Shown: positions 43,912-53,310 of the stretch, piece by piece | How positions within the stretch are numbered: the stretch's first letter is position 1 | Layout: each line of letters opens with the position of its first letter | Source: an uncultured virus (IMG/VR IMGVR_UViG_3300042380_000159) | Lineage: Duplodnaviria > Heunggongvirae > Uroviricota > Caudoviricetes | Length of the DNA: 64,000 nucleotides | IMG/VR virus record: IMGVR_UViG_3300042380_000159 | Strand: one strand, 5' to 3' | Position numbers and translations under genes: made by a program | The notes under the pieces: model-generated | The model's database searches: none | What the model was told of the DNA's origin: nothing | Seen by the model: only the letters and a program-made list of their open reading frames with translations

Positions 43912-44391
43912 CTACACCCCGTAGGCAACAGAACTGACAGACACCGTATACGCTGTGCTGAAAATGGACACAGAGCAATTCGCGGTATTCAGGCTGCCGT
44001 TGATGGCAAAGCCAGAAACGACGCTCACGGGGTTGACGGCGACCCGAACGTCAACCAAATACCACGCCGTGCCGTCCTTCGCGACCGCACACGCTCGGTT
44101 ACCGGCAGCCGTGTTCGTGACCGGGAAGAACTGATTCACCGCCGACAGCGTGGCCGTCGAACCTTGCAGCGTCACAGTCTTCGTGCTGCCAATCGCCCAC
44201 GCCCCGGTGAACGTGGCCATGCGGAAGACCTTGCCAGAAGGGCTGCCCACGCGGCTGCCAAACGTCAGCCCCGCTTGGTCGCGGTCGCCCGCCTCGACGG
44301 TTCGCACCACCTTGGCGATCCGCTCCGCAGCGGGGCGCGTGAAGGTCACGCGCTCAGTCTTTGCCGGTTTGCCATCTGGCTTCTGGGCCAT
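43912..44391 (-). CDS. Minor tail protein
   Basis: Homolog of 6848-7198 with C-terminal extension. Confidence 0.65.
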   Translation of the reverse strand: MAQKPDGKPAKTERVTFTRPAAERIAKVVRTVEAGDRDQAGLTFGSRVGSPSGKVFRMATFTGAWAIGSTKTVTLQGSTATLSAVNQFFPVTNTAAGNRACAVAKDGTAWYLVDVRVAVNPVSVVSGFAINGSLNTANCSVSIFSTAYTVSVSSVAYGV

Positions 44392-44399
44392 GCGTCACC

Positions 44400-45275
44400 T
44401 TAGAAGGGCGGCGTGCCGAAGTAAGTGGCGAACGCCACGGCGGGGTACGGGCGGCGCTCAAGCTGGTCAGGACGACCATCGCCGCCTGGGTACTTCAGCG
44501 CACCGTTTTCCGTCAGCGGCTGCGGCGTCGTCGCATCCACCTTTTCGCTATTGCCTGGCTCAGACTGATAGACCCAAGCACGCCGCTTCTGGCTGCCGTC
44601 GATGTAGTGGAATCCGACGTGCGGAATCTTTTCGATGTAGCCGCCTCGCCGGTAGGTCAACTGGACGCTGATTTGCCAATACCTCACCTGCGCGCCGTTG
44701 ACGACCTCGACGGCCTGCTGCGCGCTGATGCCGTTGCACATCCAAGAATACGCCGGTCCGCCCAAATACGGGGCGGAGTTGATGGCGTTCGTGACTTCCG
44801 CAGCGGTGGCCAGCGGAAACGCAGACCGGTTGCCGCTGATCGTCGCTTGTATCTCGGGGGCCATGACTGTCATGCCCTCGATGTAATCGTTTGCCGCGTT
44901 GACCAACGGGCGCACGTCGCTGTTGCCGGTGCCGTGGTAGTAGTAGAGAAAAGGAGCCTGCGCACCACCTGTCGAGAATGACCACACATCAGCCCGAGCC
45001 AGCGGGTTTGCCTGGTACTCGTTCCTGGGCGTCTCGTAACTAAATGTGGCCTCCGCATGAAAGCGGTCGGTTTCCGCCACCTGCCCGTTGTGGCACAGCA
45101 GGTAGGCATACTCGGGATGGGCGGCCCCGTGAAAGATGCCGATTGCCCCGAGGATGTCCTGCGTGTTCGTCGGGCCGTCGAGCGTAAGGGCGTACTTGAT
45201 CTCGGCCGTGGGGCTTTCGCCAAACTTGTGCGAGAACGCGCGCGGCAGGATTTCGCGGTAGGAGAGAACGGCCAT
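44400..45275 (-). CDS. Minor tail protein
   Basis: Homolog of 7211-8098. Confidence 0.65.
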   Translation of the reverse strand: MAVLSYREILPRAFSHKFGESPTAEIKYALTLDGPTNTQDILGAIGIFHGAAHPEYAYLLCHNGQVAETDRFHAEATFSYETPRNEYQANPLARADVWSFSTGGAQAPFLYYYHGTGNSDVRPLVNAANDYIEGMTVMAPEIQATISGNRSAFPLATAAEVTNAINSAPYLGGPAYSWMCNGISAQQAVEVVNGAQVRYWQISVQLTYRRGGYIEKIPHVGFHYIDGSQKRRAWVYQSEPGNSEKVDATTPQPLTENGALKYPGGDGRPDQLERRPYPAVAFATYFGTPPF

Positions 45276-45276
45276 G

Positions 45277-46614
45277 CTAGTTCAGGATCTCCACGGTGCC
45301 GACCTGGCCGTTTCGGTTGATCTGCTCCAGCAGTTGCACCTGCTTCTGTTCGGCCTCGCTCGGCCCGGCGGTTGTTCCGGCTTGGTCCATGCGTTGCCGA
45401 AGTGAATCGGATGCTGAGTCCACTGCTGCATTGAAGTTTGCCTGAAACCGATTCAGAACGCTGTTTGACGCATCGGACGCCACCTGCGCCTCAAGCTGGG
45501 CAATCCGCTCGGCACGCTTCCTGTTTTCCTCCTCGATGGCGGCGGCGTTGGCCACGGGCATGCCGAAGCCGTCTCTGGTTGCGCCAGCGCCCTGCATGGC
45601 CGCCTGCGCATCCGCCCGCAGTTTGTCCAGTTCCTTCTCGGTCTCGCTGCGAATGTCTAGCCCAAGGATCGGCGCGAACTTTTTGATGAAGGCTTCAATG
45701 AACTGCGCCAACTGAAAGAACGCATTGCCAGCCAATTTGATGAAATCAAGCAATCCGCTAGCGACCTGCTGGGCGATCTGTTGCGGGCCAGCCTGCTTAA
45801 TCACGCCAAGAAGCTCCTGTGCGATCGTGCTAATCGGCCCCGCAAGCTCGCCGAGGATCGAGCCAGCCAGGCCCTTCACCGTTGCCCACACGGCTGCAAA
45901 CGAATCATTCATGTTGTCGATGGCCTTTACGGCGTCTTCGCTCACCACCTGCCCGAGCGAAACAGCCTGCTCACGCATCTGAGTCAGAGCCCCAGGGCCA
46001 AGCGTGAACAACTCGCCAAGCTCGATGCCGCCCTTGCCGAAGAACTTCACGGCCGTGGCGGCCCGCTCGGCTGGGTCAGCGATCCGAGAGATGGCATCAA
46101 CCACCTGCTCAAATTGCTTCTCTGGCGATTGGGTCTTCAGTTCCTCAAACACGAGGCCGAGCGCCTCAAACTTCTTTTGTGCCTTCTCGTCAAGCGACGC
46201 TTGGCCGATGGCGATGGTCAACTTCTGCATCTGCTTGGCAAACGACTCGACGCTCACGCCCGTGTCGGCGGCGGCCCTGGCATATGCCTGCAACGCCTCA
46301 ACGCCGACCCCCGTGCGATTGGCCACGTCGTTCAATGCGTCCAACTCTTCGCCAACGCTCAAGGCGAACTGCGTGACGCCGGTCGCTGCGCCGGTCACCG
46401 CACCGCTAAGACTCAGAAAGGCATTGGTGGCGGCCTGGATTCCGCCGAGGGCGAGCTTGCCAATCTCAATGTTCTTGAGCGTCCCGAGATCGGCAGACGC
46501 CTTCTTGCCAGCCTCGCCCATTGAGTCGAGCTTGGCGTTCACGTCGGCCACAGCCTGAGCCAGCTGGGCCGTGTTCGCGCTGATCTGCATCGCCAAGCCG
46601 AGTGCCGTACTCAT
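45277..46614 (-). CDS. Tail tape measure protein (445 aa)
   Basis: FFGKGG motif; position; homologous N-terminal region to 8098-10290. Confidence 0.82.
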   Translation of the reverse strand: MSTALGLAMQISANTAQLAQAVADVNAKLDSMGEAGKKASADLGTLKNIEIGKLALGGIQAATNAFLSLSGAVTGAATGVTQFALSVGEELDALNDVANRTGVGVEALQAYARAAADTGVSVESFAKQMQKLTIAIGQASLDEKAQKKFEALGLVFEELKTQSPEKQFEQVVDAISRIADPAERAATAVKFFGKGGIELGELFTLGPGALTQMREQAVSLGQVVSEDAVKAIDNMNDSFAAVWATVKGLAGSILGELAGPISTIAQELLGVIKQAGPQQIAQQVASGLLDFIKLAGNAFFQLAQFIEAFIKKFAPILGLDIRSETEKELDKLRADAQAAMQGAGATRDGFGMPVANAAAIEEENRKRAERIAQLEAQVASDASNSVLNRFQANFNAAVDSASDSLRQRMDQAGTTAGPSEAEQKQVQLLEQINRNGQVGTVEILN

Positions 46615-46615
46615 C

Positions 46616-46900
46616 TCATTTTCCGTCCAAGTCTTGTTTCATCTGCGCGAGCACGTCGAGCATCTGCGTTTTGTGCTGCGGCGGGCTGTCTGTGGGAATG
46701 AAGTCTGCTGGCTTCGGCATGTGCCCTCGCCGCGAGTGAGGGGCCAACACCGCACTGGCCAGCACGCCGGTCTGAGCCCACGAGTTGTCGAGCGGCTGGA
46801 AGTAGCGAGCAAACGCCAGCCACTCGCTCAACTCCCTGCTATCCATTCGCTGCTCAAGTTCTCCGACCGTCATCCCAAGGTGACCGGCCAGCATGAACAA
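46616..46900 (-). CDS. Tail assembly chaperone, second ORF
   Basis: LAGHLGMTVGEL..RMDSRELSEW. Confidence 0.7.
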   Translation of the reverse strand: MFMLAGHLGMTVGELEQRMDSRELSEWLAFARYFQPLDNSWAQTGVLASAVLAPHSRRGHMPKPADFIPTDSPPQHKTQMLDVLAQMKQDLDGK

Positions 46901-46922
46901 GAACCGCCGCGATGGTCTCGCG

Positions 46923-47276
46923 CTAAAGCTCCCCGGCTAGTTCAACTACGTCCGCCTCCGTGAGTTTGTTGTGGCGCTGTGCCACATCGAACAGTTCGCC
47001 CATCACCGCCCCGTCCAGGGTTGCCACTTCGTCGAGTTCGTTGTCTTGGAAGATTCGCACGCCATGCTCGTCGCAGAGCGTGCGAGCCAAGTAGAAGGCG
47101 CGGAAGTTGTGGAACTTCGCCACGCCCTTGCTGCGGATGTCGAGCCACGCCAGCTCCCAATCGTCGCGTTCGCCGACGCTGAGAACCCGCACATACACGT
47201 CAAGGTTCCATTCCTTAACGTGAACTTTCAGCGGCTTGCGGACGCTGGCGGCCTTGATCTGCTCTTTGAGTCCCAT
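46923..47276 (-). CDS. Tail assembly chaperone
   Basis: Homolog of 10598-10951. Confidence 0.7.
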   Translation of the reverse strand: MGLKEQIKAASVRKPLKVHVKEWNLDVYVRVLSVGERDDWELAWLDIRSKGVAKFHNFRAFYLARTLCDEHGVRIFQDNELDEVATLDGAVMGELFDVAQRHNKLTEADVVELAGEL

Positions 47277-47279
47277 TGT

Positions 47280-47600
47280 TCAGTTGTCCAAAAGTTTGAA
47301 CGTGACGGTGAACCGGGTCACGCCGTTCACCTCATTCGCCACACTCACTGACTCCCATACTGCGGGGTTTGTCAAGGCTTGGCCGCCGCCGGATATGGAA
47401 AGGTTCGCGCGGACGCCGTAGTTCGACGTTCCCGTGTTGGCACCGCCCAAGCACTCGACGCTGCACGTCCCGGCCTCGTCGGTCCAGGCGACGCTTCGCC
47501 CCTTTGACGGGCCGCCGCCATAGGTCCACGAAAGGCCGGTGACTTCCTGAAACGTGACGCCGTTCCACGTCACCGATACGCCGCTGCTGTAGCTCGCCAC
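47280..47600 (-). CDS. Short tail-tube-like protein
   Basis: Homolog of 10959-11273. Confidence 0.55.
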   Translation of the reverse strand: MASYSSGVSVTWNGVTFQEVTGLSWTYGGGPSKGRSVAWTDEAGTCSVECLGGANTGTSNYGVRANLSISGGGQALTNPAVWESVSVANEVNGVTRFTVTFKLLDN

Positions 47601-47618
47601 GGGGGCCTCCCTCTGTGG

Positions 47619-47996
47619 CTACGGCACCTGGAAGGAAGCGCTGCCTCGAACCGCGTCATTCACGGTGAGCGTCACGCTCGACGACTTGCAGGTGGCGGTC
47701 ACGCTCAACGTGATCCCGCCAGTGATCGAAAGGGTGCCAGTTGCCCCCTGCGCAATCGGGGCACCGCTTGCCGCGAGATATTCGATGCTGACTTCCTTGC
47801 CGGTGTCGCCAGCGGAGCCCTTGAGCGGGCGACTCAGTGTTAGCACGGTGCTGCCGGTCGTCTGGCCGAGGTGCGAAACGTCGATCTGATCGGACGCGGC
47901 TTGGTCGCTGATGCTGTAGGTGATGCTGGTGACGGTGTAATTAGCACCGGCAAAGGTCAGCGTGGTGCCAGACGAATCGTGCGGCGTGTACGGCAT
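47619..47996 (-). CDS. Tail tube protein candidate
   Basis: Homolog of 11292-11675. Confidence 0.65.
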   Translation of the reverse strand: MPYTPHDSSGTTLTFAGANYTVTSITYSISDQAASDQIDVSHLGQTTGSTVLTLSRPLKGSAGDTGKEVSIEYLAASGAPIAQGATGTLSITGGITLSVTATCKSSSVTLTVNDAVRGSASFQVP

Positions 47997-47999
47997 TTT

Positions 48000-48416
48000 T
48001 TAACCCTCGCTCCACCAGCAGTCGTAGCGCTGTGTTACCTGATAGACCGGCGGGAGATCCGCTCCAGCCAGCTGCACAAAGTCGTCGGATTCGTCTTCCA
48101 GCGACGTTTGCTTGACTTCCGTATTGTCCGAAGTCCCCCCGTAGCCATCCAGAACGCGACGCATGGCGTCGGCCACCTGGCGAGCCTCCTCGTAGGTCAC
48201 GCCGTAAATGCTGTACTCAACGCTCACGCGGGGCATTCCCATCGGCCTGCCAAGCGTCTGCTCTCGGTCGATGCCAGATCGCCGCCATGTGACGAACGGC
48301 AGGGCGGCGGATGCCGGGGCTAGCACTGGATAAATCCGCGAACCAAGCAGGGACGAGACGGCGGCATTACCGACAAGAGCGGTACGCAGGACGGCTTCTG
48401 GGGATTTGAGCGACAT
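48000..48416 (-). CDS. Tail completion protein (DUF3168-like)
   Basis: Homolog of 11688-12098. Confidence 0.75.
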   Translation of the reverse strand: MSLKSPEAVLRTALVGNAAVSSLLGSRIYPVLAPASAALPFVTWRRSGIDREQTLGRPMGMPRVSVEYSIYGVTYEEARQVADAMRRVLDGYGGTSDNTEVKQTSLEDESDDFVQLAGADLPPVYQVTQRYDCWWSEG

Positions 48417-48418
48417 GG

Positions 48419-49147
48419 CTAAAAGGGCGTAGGCCCAACGTCCGAGTTGTTGCGTTTGACGGGGAAGTTTGCGGCAAGGTCTTTTTGGGCCTTGAGCAGT
48501 GCGTTTGTCATCTCAATTGCCAACTGCCCGCGCATCGTGCCAAGCGATTCTTGGTAAGCCGTCTTTACCGGCGGCCTGCCCTTCTTTCCACCAATTGGCA
48601 TTTCTGGAATCCGCAGAAGCTGGCCTCGGGGTGCCTTCTTGAAAAACGCCTTGGGGTACTTTGGCGACGTGTTGACTCTGACAACACCAGCGAACTTGCC
48701 ACGCTTTGCCACGCGGCCAATCTTGAAAGGGCCGATTGTCTTGAAGCTGGACGCAATCGAAGCGCCGCCACGCCGCGACGAGGTTTTGACTATGCGCTCT
48801 TTCGTCCCGAACTCCACGAAGCCAGCGTGAAAGGCGCGGTCCTTGCCCTTTTTCACTGAGCCACCGCGAGCCGACTTGGCCTTTCCGCTACCTGCTGCCG
48901 TAAAGCCAACAAGGCCCACGGCGTTTCCGCTGACGTATGTTTTGACTTTGCTGGTGACCGCTCGCGCCAGGTTGCCGGTTGGCCCTTTGCTGACGTTGCC
49001 ACGAAGAGCCGTAAGCCCTGGCTTGAGGCTGCGGCGAATGGCTGCGCCCATGTGCTTGCGGGCGAGGTTCGGCCGGAGCTGGCGGAAAGCCTTCTGGAGT
49101 TCGCGGAGTTCTGGAAACTCCACCTTCACGTCAATCCCGCCCGCCAT
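48419..49147 (-). CDS. HK97 gp10-like neck protein
   Basis: TGNLAR, FVEFGT. Confidence 0.72.
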   Translation of the reverse strand: MAGGIDVKVEFPELRELQKAFRQLRPNLARKHMGAAIRRSLKPGLTALRGNVSKGPTGNLARAVTSKVKTYVSGNAVGLVGFTAAGSGKAKSARGGSVKKGKDRAFHAGFVEFGTKERIVKTSSRRGGASIASSFKTIGPFKIGRVAKRGKFAGVVRVNTSPKYPKAFFKKAPRGQLLRIPEMPIGGKKGRPPVKTAYQESLGTMRGQLAIEMTNALLKAQKDLAANFPVKRNNSDVGPTPF

Positions 49148-49464
49148 TACGTCACCTCTTCGCAGATCGCGACGTGTTCGGTTCGGTTGTCGTACTCAAG
49201 CAGGCTCACGATGTTCAGCGTGCGGGAACGCCACGCGAAGCGATCCCGCTGCGTCAGCCCAGGCAAGTAGCGGAGCCGCACCTTATGCGTGATCGTCGTA
49301 TCTTGCTGGCCTGCCGCCAGGGCCTCGCGGGCGCTCACGCCCTCGACGCTCGCCCACACGGCAGATGAGTCGCTCCACGCCAAGACCGTCTCGCCTAGGG
49401 CATTGGTCGTGCCGCTGGCAATCTGGACGGTAACACGCTCGCGGAGCTTGCCGGGCTCGATCAT
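49147..49464 (-). CDS. Head closure protein
   Basis: Homolog of 12867-13187. Confidence 0.85.
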   Translation of the reverse strand: MIEPGKLRERVTVQIASGTTNALGETVLAWSDSSAVWASVEGVSAREALAAGQQDTTITHKVRLRYLPGLTQRDRFAWRSRTLNIVSLLEYDNRTEHVAICEEVT

Positions 49465-50075
49465 CGGTAGGTGCCCCACTTCATGGAATCAAGCAGGCTG
49501 CTCACGCCGAAGGGCACGTCCTGCGGGACTGCCCCGGTGGAGACGGTCGCGCCACGGGTTTCGTACCAGTGGCTCACGAGCATCAGGATGGCGTGGCGGA
49601 TCGCGGCGGGCACGTCGGTCCCGCTGGCCCCGTATCCAGCCCACCACGTCACGGCATGCGCCCCGGCGTCGATCCGGTGCGGCGGCCATGTGCCCGCATA
49701 GATGGGCAGCACGGTGCCCGGCGTCGATTGGCGATCTACGCGGAACTGCTCCACGGCATAGGTGCCGGTCGTGCCGCCGTCTGCCGTGAACGTGAGCGAC
49801 ACAGCCGTGGCCGTGCCAGCGACGGCCATCGGCGGGCGGGGTAGTTCCATCGCCTCGATGCCCGACGTGGGGAATCGGTCGAACCTCATCACCCACTGCG
49901 TGTAGACCAGCGTGCGGTCTAGGTACTGCTCGCACCACTCGCGGGCTGCCGTGATGAGCGACGACACGTAGGCATCATCTGTGGTCGTGTCGATCCGGCA
50001 ATGCGACTTCGCCTCGGAGAGCGTCACGGGCTCCACGGCGGGCGGCGTCTGGCGGCTGAGGCTGCGGTACTTCAC
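49461..50075 (-). CDS. Head-tail connector protein
   Basis: Homolog of 13184-13789. Confidence 0.88.
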   Translation of the reverse strand: MKYRSLSRQTPPAVEPVTLSEAKSHCRIDTTTDDAYVSSLITAAREWCEQYLDRTLVYTQWVMRFDRFPTSGIEAMELPRPPMAVAGTATAVSLTFTADGGTTGTYAVEQFRVDRQSTPGTVLPIYAGTWPPHRIDAGAHAVTWWAGYGASGTDVPAAIRHAILMLVSHWYETRGATVSTGAVPQDVPFGVSSLLDSMKWGTYR

Positions 50076-50272
50076 TTTCGCTTTCTCCGCTTGGGCGTGG
50101 CGTCGGCCGTCTCCACGTCGTGCTCGACGGCGGCCGTCTCGATCAACTCCTGCTGCCGGTCCTCCACCGCGAACCGCTTGGCGATCAGTTCCGCCGCCAA
50201 GCCGCCGGGGATCTCCACGACCTGGCCGGGGCGGTAGTTGCGGAACGATCGCAGCATCTTCAGTTTCGTCAT
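50072..50272 (-). CDS. Small capsid-adjacent protein
   Basis: Homolog of 13789-13989. Confidence 0.7.
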   Translation of the reverse strand: MTKLKMLRSFRNYRPGQVVEIPGGLAAELIAKRFAVEDRQQELIETAAVEHDVETADATPKRRKRK

Positions 50273-51036
50273 TGAGGGACGCTCCATGCAGTTTCGGGCT
50301 TCGTCATCGTGTTGCAGTATTCCGTGGCGTGCTGATAGACGGGCTTGCCAAGGTCTTTGCCGGGCCATGTGAAGACGTACTCGCCGTGCCCAATGCACAC
50401 CCGTGGCGTGACGAACACACGGTTTCCGCTCTCTCGCCAATTGACCCAGAATGCGATGTCGGCATCTCGCCGGGGTCGCCAGTTTGGATCGCCCGGCTTC
50501 CTCGGCTCTTCGTCCCATGTGCCGTCGCTGTTGGGCAGTTCCTGCATCCACGGAAGTTTGCACCGCTTCAGGGCGGCCGTGCTCAGGATGGTGCAGCCGA
50601 AGTGCGCTGTGTCCACTTCCTGGACCGGCTCGGCAAACCACTCCCTTGGCAGCGTTGTCGTGCCGCCCTCGGGCGGGTTGTCGAGCGTGCCTCGCAAGGT
50701 AAGCATCGGCCTGCCGTCCTCCCGCTTGGTTTGCAGCGGAGCGAGCGCGTCGCACTGGAACGTCATGGCCAGGGCGAACAACTGTTCGAGGTCGTCACGA
50801 CTGAACGCGCTGTCGTAATCAATAACGAGCAGGTACTCGCATTTGTCTACGAACTTTTGGCAGACCCTCGACAGGCACTGGGACCAAAACGCCCCTTGCA
50901 TCATCGTCGGCCGAATTCCTAGCGGCATGAGCGCCTGAGCCCATGTGTAGAAGTTTGACATGAACCCGAGCCGAGGGACGCTCATTACGGCTTCCACCCG
51001 AACGTCGGCTTCGGTTCCACCCACACGCACGATCAT
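50269..51036 (-). CDS. GT-A glycosyltransferase-like protein
   Basis: YLLVIDYD; homolog of 13986-14720. Confidence 0.75.
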   Translation of the reverse strand: MIVRVGGTEADVRVEAVMSVPRLGFMSNFYTWAQALMPLGIRPTMMQGAFWSQCLSRVCQKFVDKCEYLLVIDYDSAFSRDDLEQLFALAMTFQCDALAPLQTKREDGRPMLTLRGTLDNPPEGGTTTLPREWFAEPVQEVDTAHFGCTILSTAALKRCKLPWMQELPNSDGTWDEEPRKPGDPNWRPRRDADIAFWVNWRESGNRVFVTPRVCIGHGEYVFTWPGKDLGKPVYQHATEYCNTMTKPETAWSVPQ

Positions 51037-51047
51037 GCAGACCTCGC

Positions 51048-51085
51048 AAAAAGAGAGCGGGCCGCCCCGTTGTGGAGCGGCCCGC
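51048..51085 (-). terminator. Intrinsic terminator-like hairpin after the capsid gene
   Basis: Same stem and T-tract as 14731-14768. Confidence 0.7.
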
Positions 51086-51116
51086 CCAGTTTGCACATCA
51101 CGTCAAGCCGTCAGTC

Positions 51117-52427
51117 TCACGCACCGACCAGGCCGATGACCGGACCGGCGACGGTCGAGGTGCCCAGGTTCGGATGCGCGATTGCAACCCTGGCCACCGC
51201 GCGAATCACGGTCTGGTCGCTGAGGAAGTTCACCTGGTCGCTGCTCGCGATCTCGATGGACTGCCGCACGCCGTAGTAGGAGCTGTTGGCCATGTTGCCG
51301 TACAGCGCCATCACCACGCCCGTCGAGTCCGCACCGGCCGGGAGCCGGTCGGTGAGGACCACCGGCGAGCCCAGGAAGGTGAGGCCCATGCCTTGCGACA
51401 GGCCAACCGAACCGCCCTGATTCAAATCGAGACTCTGCATGCAGGTCGCGAAGAAGTAGGGGCTCACGAACCACTTCGCACCGGCACGACTGTGCTGCGG
51501 AACCGCAGCCATCATCGCAAGCAGGTTCGCCTTGGTGATCTCTTCGGGGGTGTCGCCAGCGCCGGTCACGAGCGACGCGGCGTAGGTGGCACCCGAGGAG
51601 GCTAGGAGGCCGCCCGTGTGGCTGGTCACAAGACCGGCCACGCCGGGAGCGTTCGCCGGGTTGCCGCTCCACGCAGCCGCCTCAACGGCGTTGGCGAGCG
51701 ACAGACCCAGTTCCGTGGCGATGAAATCCGAAATCGAAACGATCGAGTCAGCAAGCAACTCGCTCGCGATCACCACGGCCCCACTGACCTTGCGAGCCGT
51801 CAGCGAGACCTGATTCATGGTCGGGTCGCTGGCAGTGATCGCGGTGTTCTCGTCGATCCAGTACGCGGTCGTTCCGCCGGACCTGCGAGGAAACTGGAGC
51901 ACGTCGCTCGGCATCGTCACGCTCGTGGCGTTCTGGGCGAAAGCCGAATACTGGTCAACGAGCCGGATGACCGTCGAGGAGAGCACGTCGGGCACCACGG
52001 CCGAACCGCTGTTCGCCGAGGTCGAACCCATCGCACGGGCCTCGACGCCGTGATCCTGGCACCACCGCTTGGCCTCGGCGTCGCCGCTCTTGGCCTTGAA
52101 CCACATGCCCACCTTGTAGGCGTCTTCGGCCTTCTCGAACGCACGGAGGCGGCCCGAGAAGGGAACGGCCTCGATGCGGACCTTGGGCTCATCGGCGCGG
52201 ACCTCGGGGGCGGGCGAGCAGCGCTCGACCACGGACCGCAGGCTCTTCGCCGACTCAACGACCTTCTTCTCGAAGTCGATCTTGGCGGTGAGTTCGTCGG
52301 CACGCTTGTTGAGGTCGATCAGTTCGACATCGCGAGCGGTCGTGTCTTCGGCCTCGATCGCACGAACGGCGTCGATCCGGTTGGCGAGGGCAGCCGCCTC
52401 GTCCTGAAGCTTCTTGAGGTTGTCCAC
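51117..52427 (-). CDS. Major capsid protein (HK97 family)
   Basis: Homolog of 14800-16116. Confidence 0.92.
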   Translation of the reverse strand: MDNLKKLQDEAAALANRIDAVRAIEAEDTTARDVELIDLNKRADELTAKIDFEKKVVESAKSLRSVVERCSPAPEVRADEPKVRIEAVPFSGRLRAFEKAEDAYKVGMWFKAKSGDAEAKRWCQDHGVEARAMGSTSANSGSAVVPDVLSSTVIRLVDQYSAFAQNATSVTMPSDVLQFPRRSGGTTAYWIDENTAITASDPTMNQVSLTARKVSGAVVIASELLADSIVSISDFIATELGLSLANAVEAAAWSGNPANAPGVAGLVTSHTGGLLASSGATYAASLVTGAGDTPEEITKANLLAMMAAVPQHSRAGAKWFVSPYFFATCMQSLDLNQGGSVGLSQGMGLTFLGSPVVLTDRLPAGADSTGVVMALYGNMANSSYYGVRQSIEIASSDQVNFLSDQTVIRAVARVAIAHPNLGTSTVAGPVIGLVGA

Positions 52428-52475
52428 TGTGGTGAATCTCCTGGCGGCGGTATTGCCGTGGAGTCCACAGTGCCA

Positions 52476-52646
52476 CTAGCGGGCGGGTCTCTTGCAGAAC
52501 CGCACTTCGGAAAGTGTTGTTTTCACAAACGCCACCGCCCGAGCCCCGCACCGGGGGCAGCGCAGATACCGCTGCCGCTCGTCACCGCAGGGGCGGCTGG
52601 AACGGCAACGGAGTTTCTCGCCGCAGGTGCAGCGTGCTTCAGACAC
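52476..52646 (-). CDS. Ogr/Delta-like zinc-finger protein
   Basis: One amino-acid difference from 16165-16335; GTG start. Confidence 0.65.
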   Translation of the reverse strand: MSEARCTCGEKLRCRSSRPCGDERQRYLRCPRCGARAVAFVKTTLSEVRFCKRPAR

Positions 52647-53310
52647 GGCGAAGCCTCAGTGCCCACGCCGCAGCGGCGTCACGGACCAGGGAACGCACGG
52701 CCTTCTTCACTTCGGGCTCGGCATCGGCGTCGGCTTCGACGGCCGCAGCCTGCTCTGCCAGCCACGCTTCATAGGACCGCCGGGACACCACCGCAGTCGT
52801 CGCACTGCCGTAGGCGGGCACGTTCACGGGGCCGACCTCGTAAAGGCCGGAAGCCTCCACGATCTCGCGGATGGCCTTGCCGCTTTCGTCCGTCGTGTAG
52901 CGCTCACCCTTCTGGCTCACGGTGAAGGCGAAGGAGCTCCCCGTCAGCAGGCGAGCCCGCACCAGGGCGAGAACGTCACGGCCCGCCGAGGTATCCGGCG
53001 GCTCGACGACATACGAGATGCCACGCTCGTCGGCGATGATCTCAAGCGTTCCAGCCGACTCGCGGCCCAGCAGCATGTCGCTGTTGTGGTTGTAGTACGA
53101 AAGGATCTCGCCCTTGCCCCGCTGGCGGTTCAGCACCTTGTCGAAGGCACCCGGCAGGATTCGCTCGCGAAAGCCACCGAGGTCGAGGGAGAGCCGGTTG
53201 TAGGGCACCGCCAGGCCACGGATCGCCTCGCGCCCGCTGGCGCGCGTTTCGATTTGCAGCTCGCACTCTGGGGCTTCGTCTACGGTCAGGCAGCGGCGTT
53301 CAATTTCCAT
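52639..53310 (-). CDS. Prohead protease
   Basis: Homolog of 16328-16999. Confidence 0.92.
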   Translation of the reverse strand: MEIERRCLTVDEAPECELQIETRASGREAIRGLAVPYNRLSLDLGGFRERILPGAFDKVLNRQRGKGEILSYYNHNSDMLLGRESAGTLEIIADERGISYVVEPPDTSAGRDVLALVRARLLTGSSFAFTVSQKGERYTTDESGKAIREIVEASGLYEVGPVNVPAYGSATTAVVSRRSYEAWLAEQAAAVEADADAEPEVKKAVRSLVRDAAAAWALRLRRV

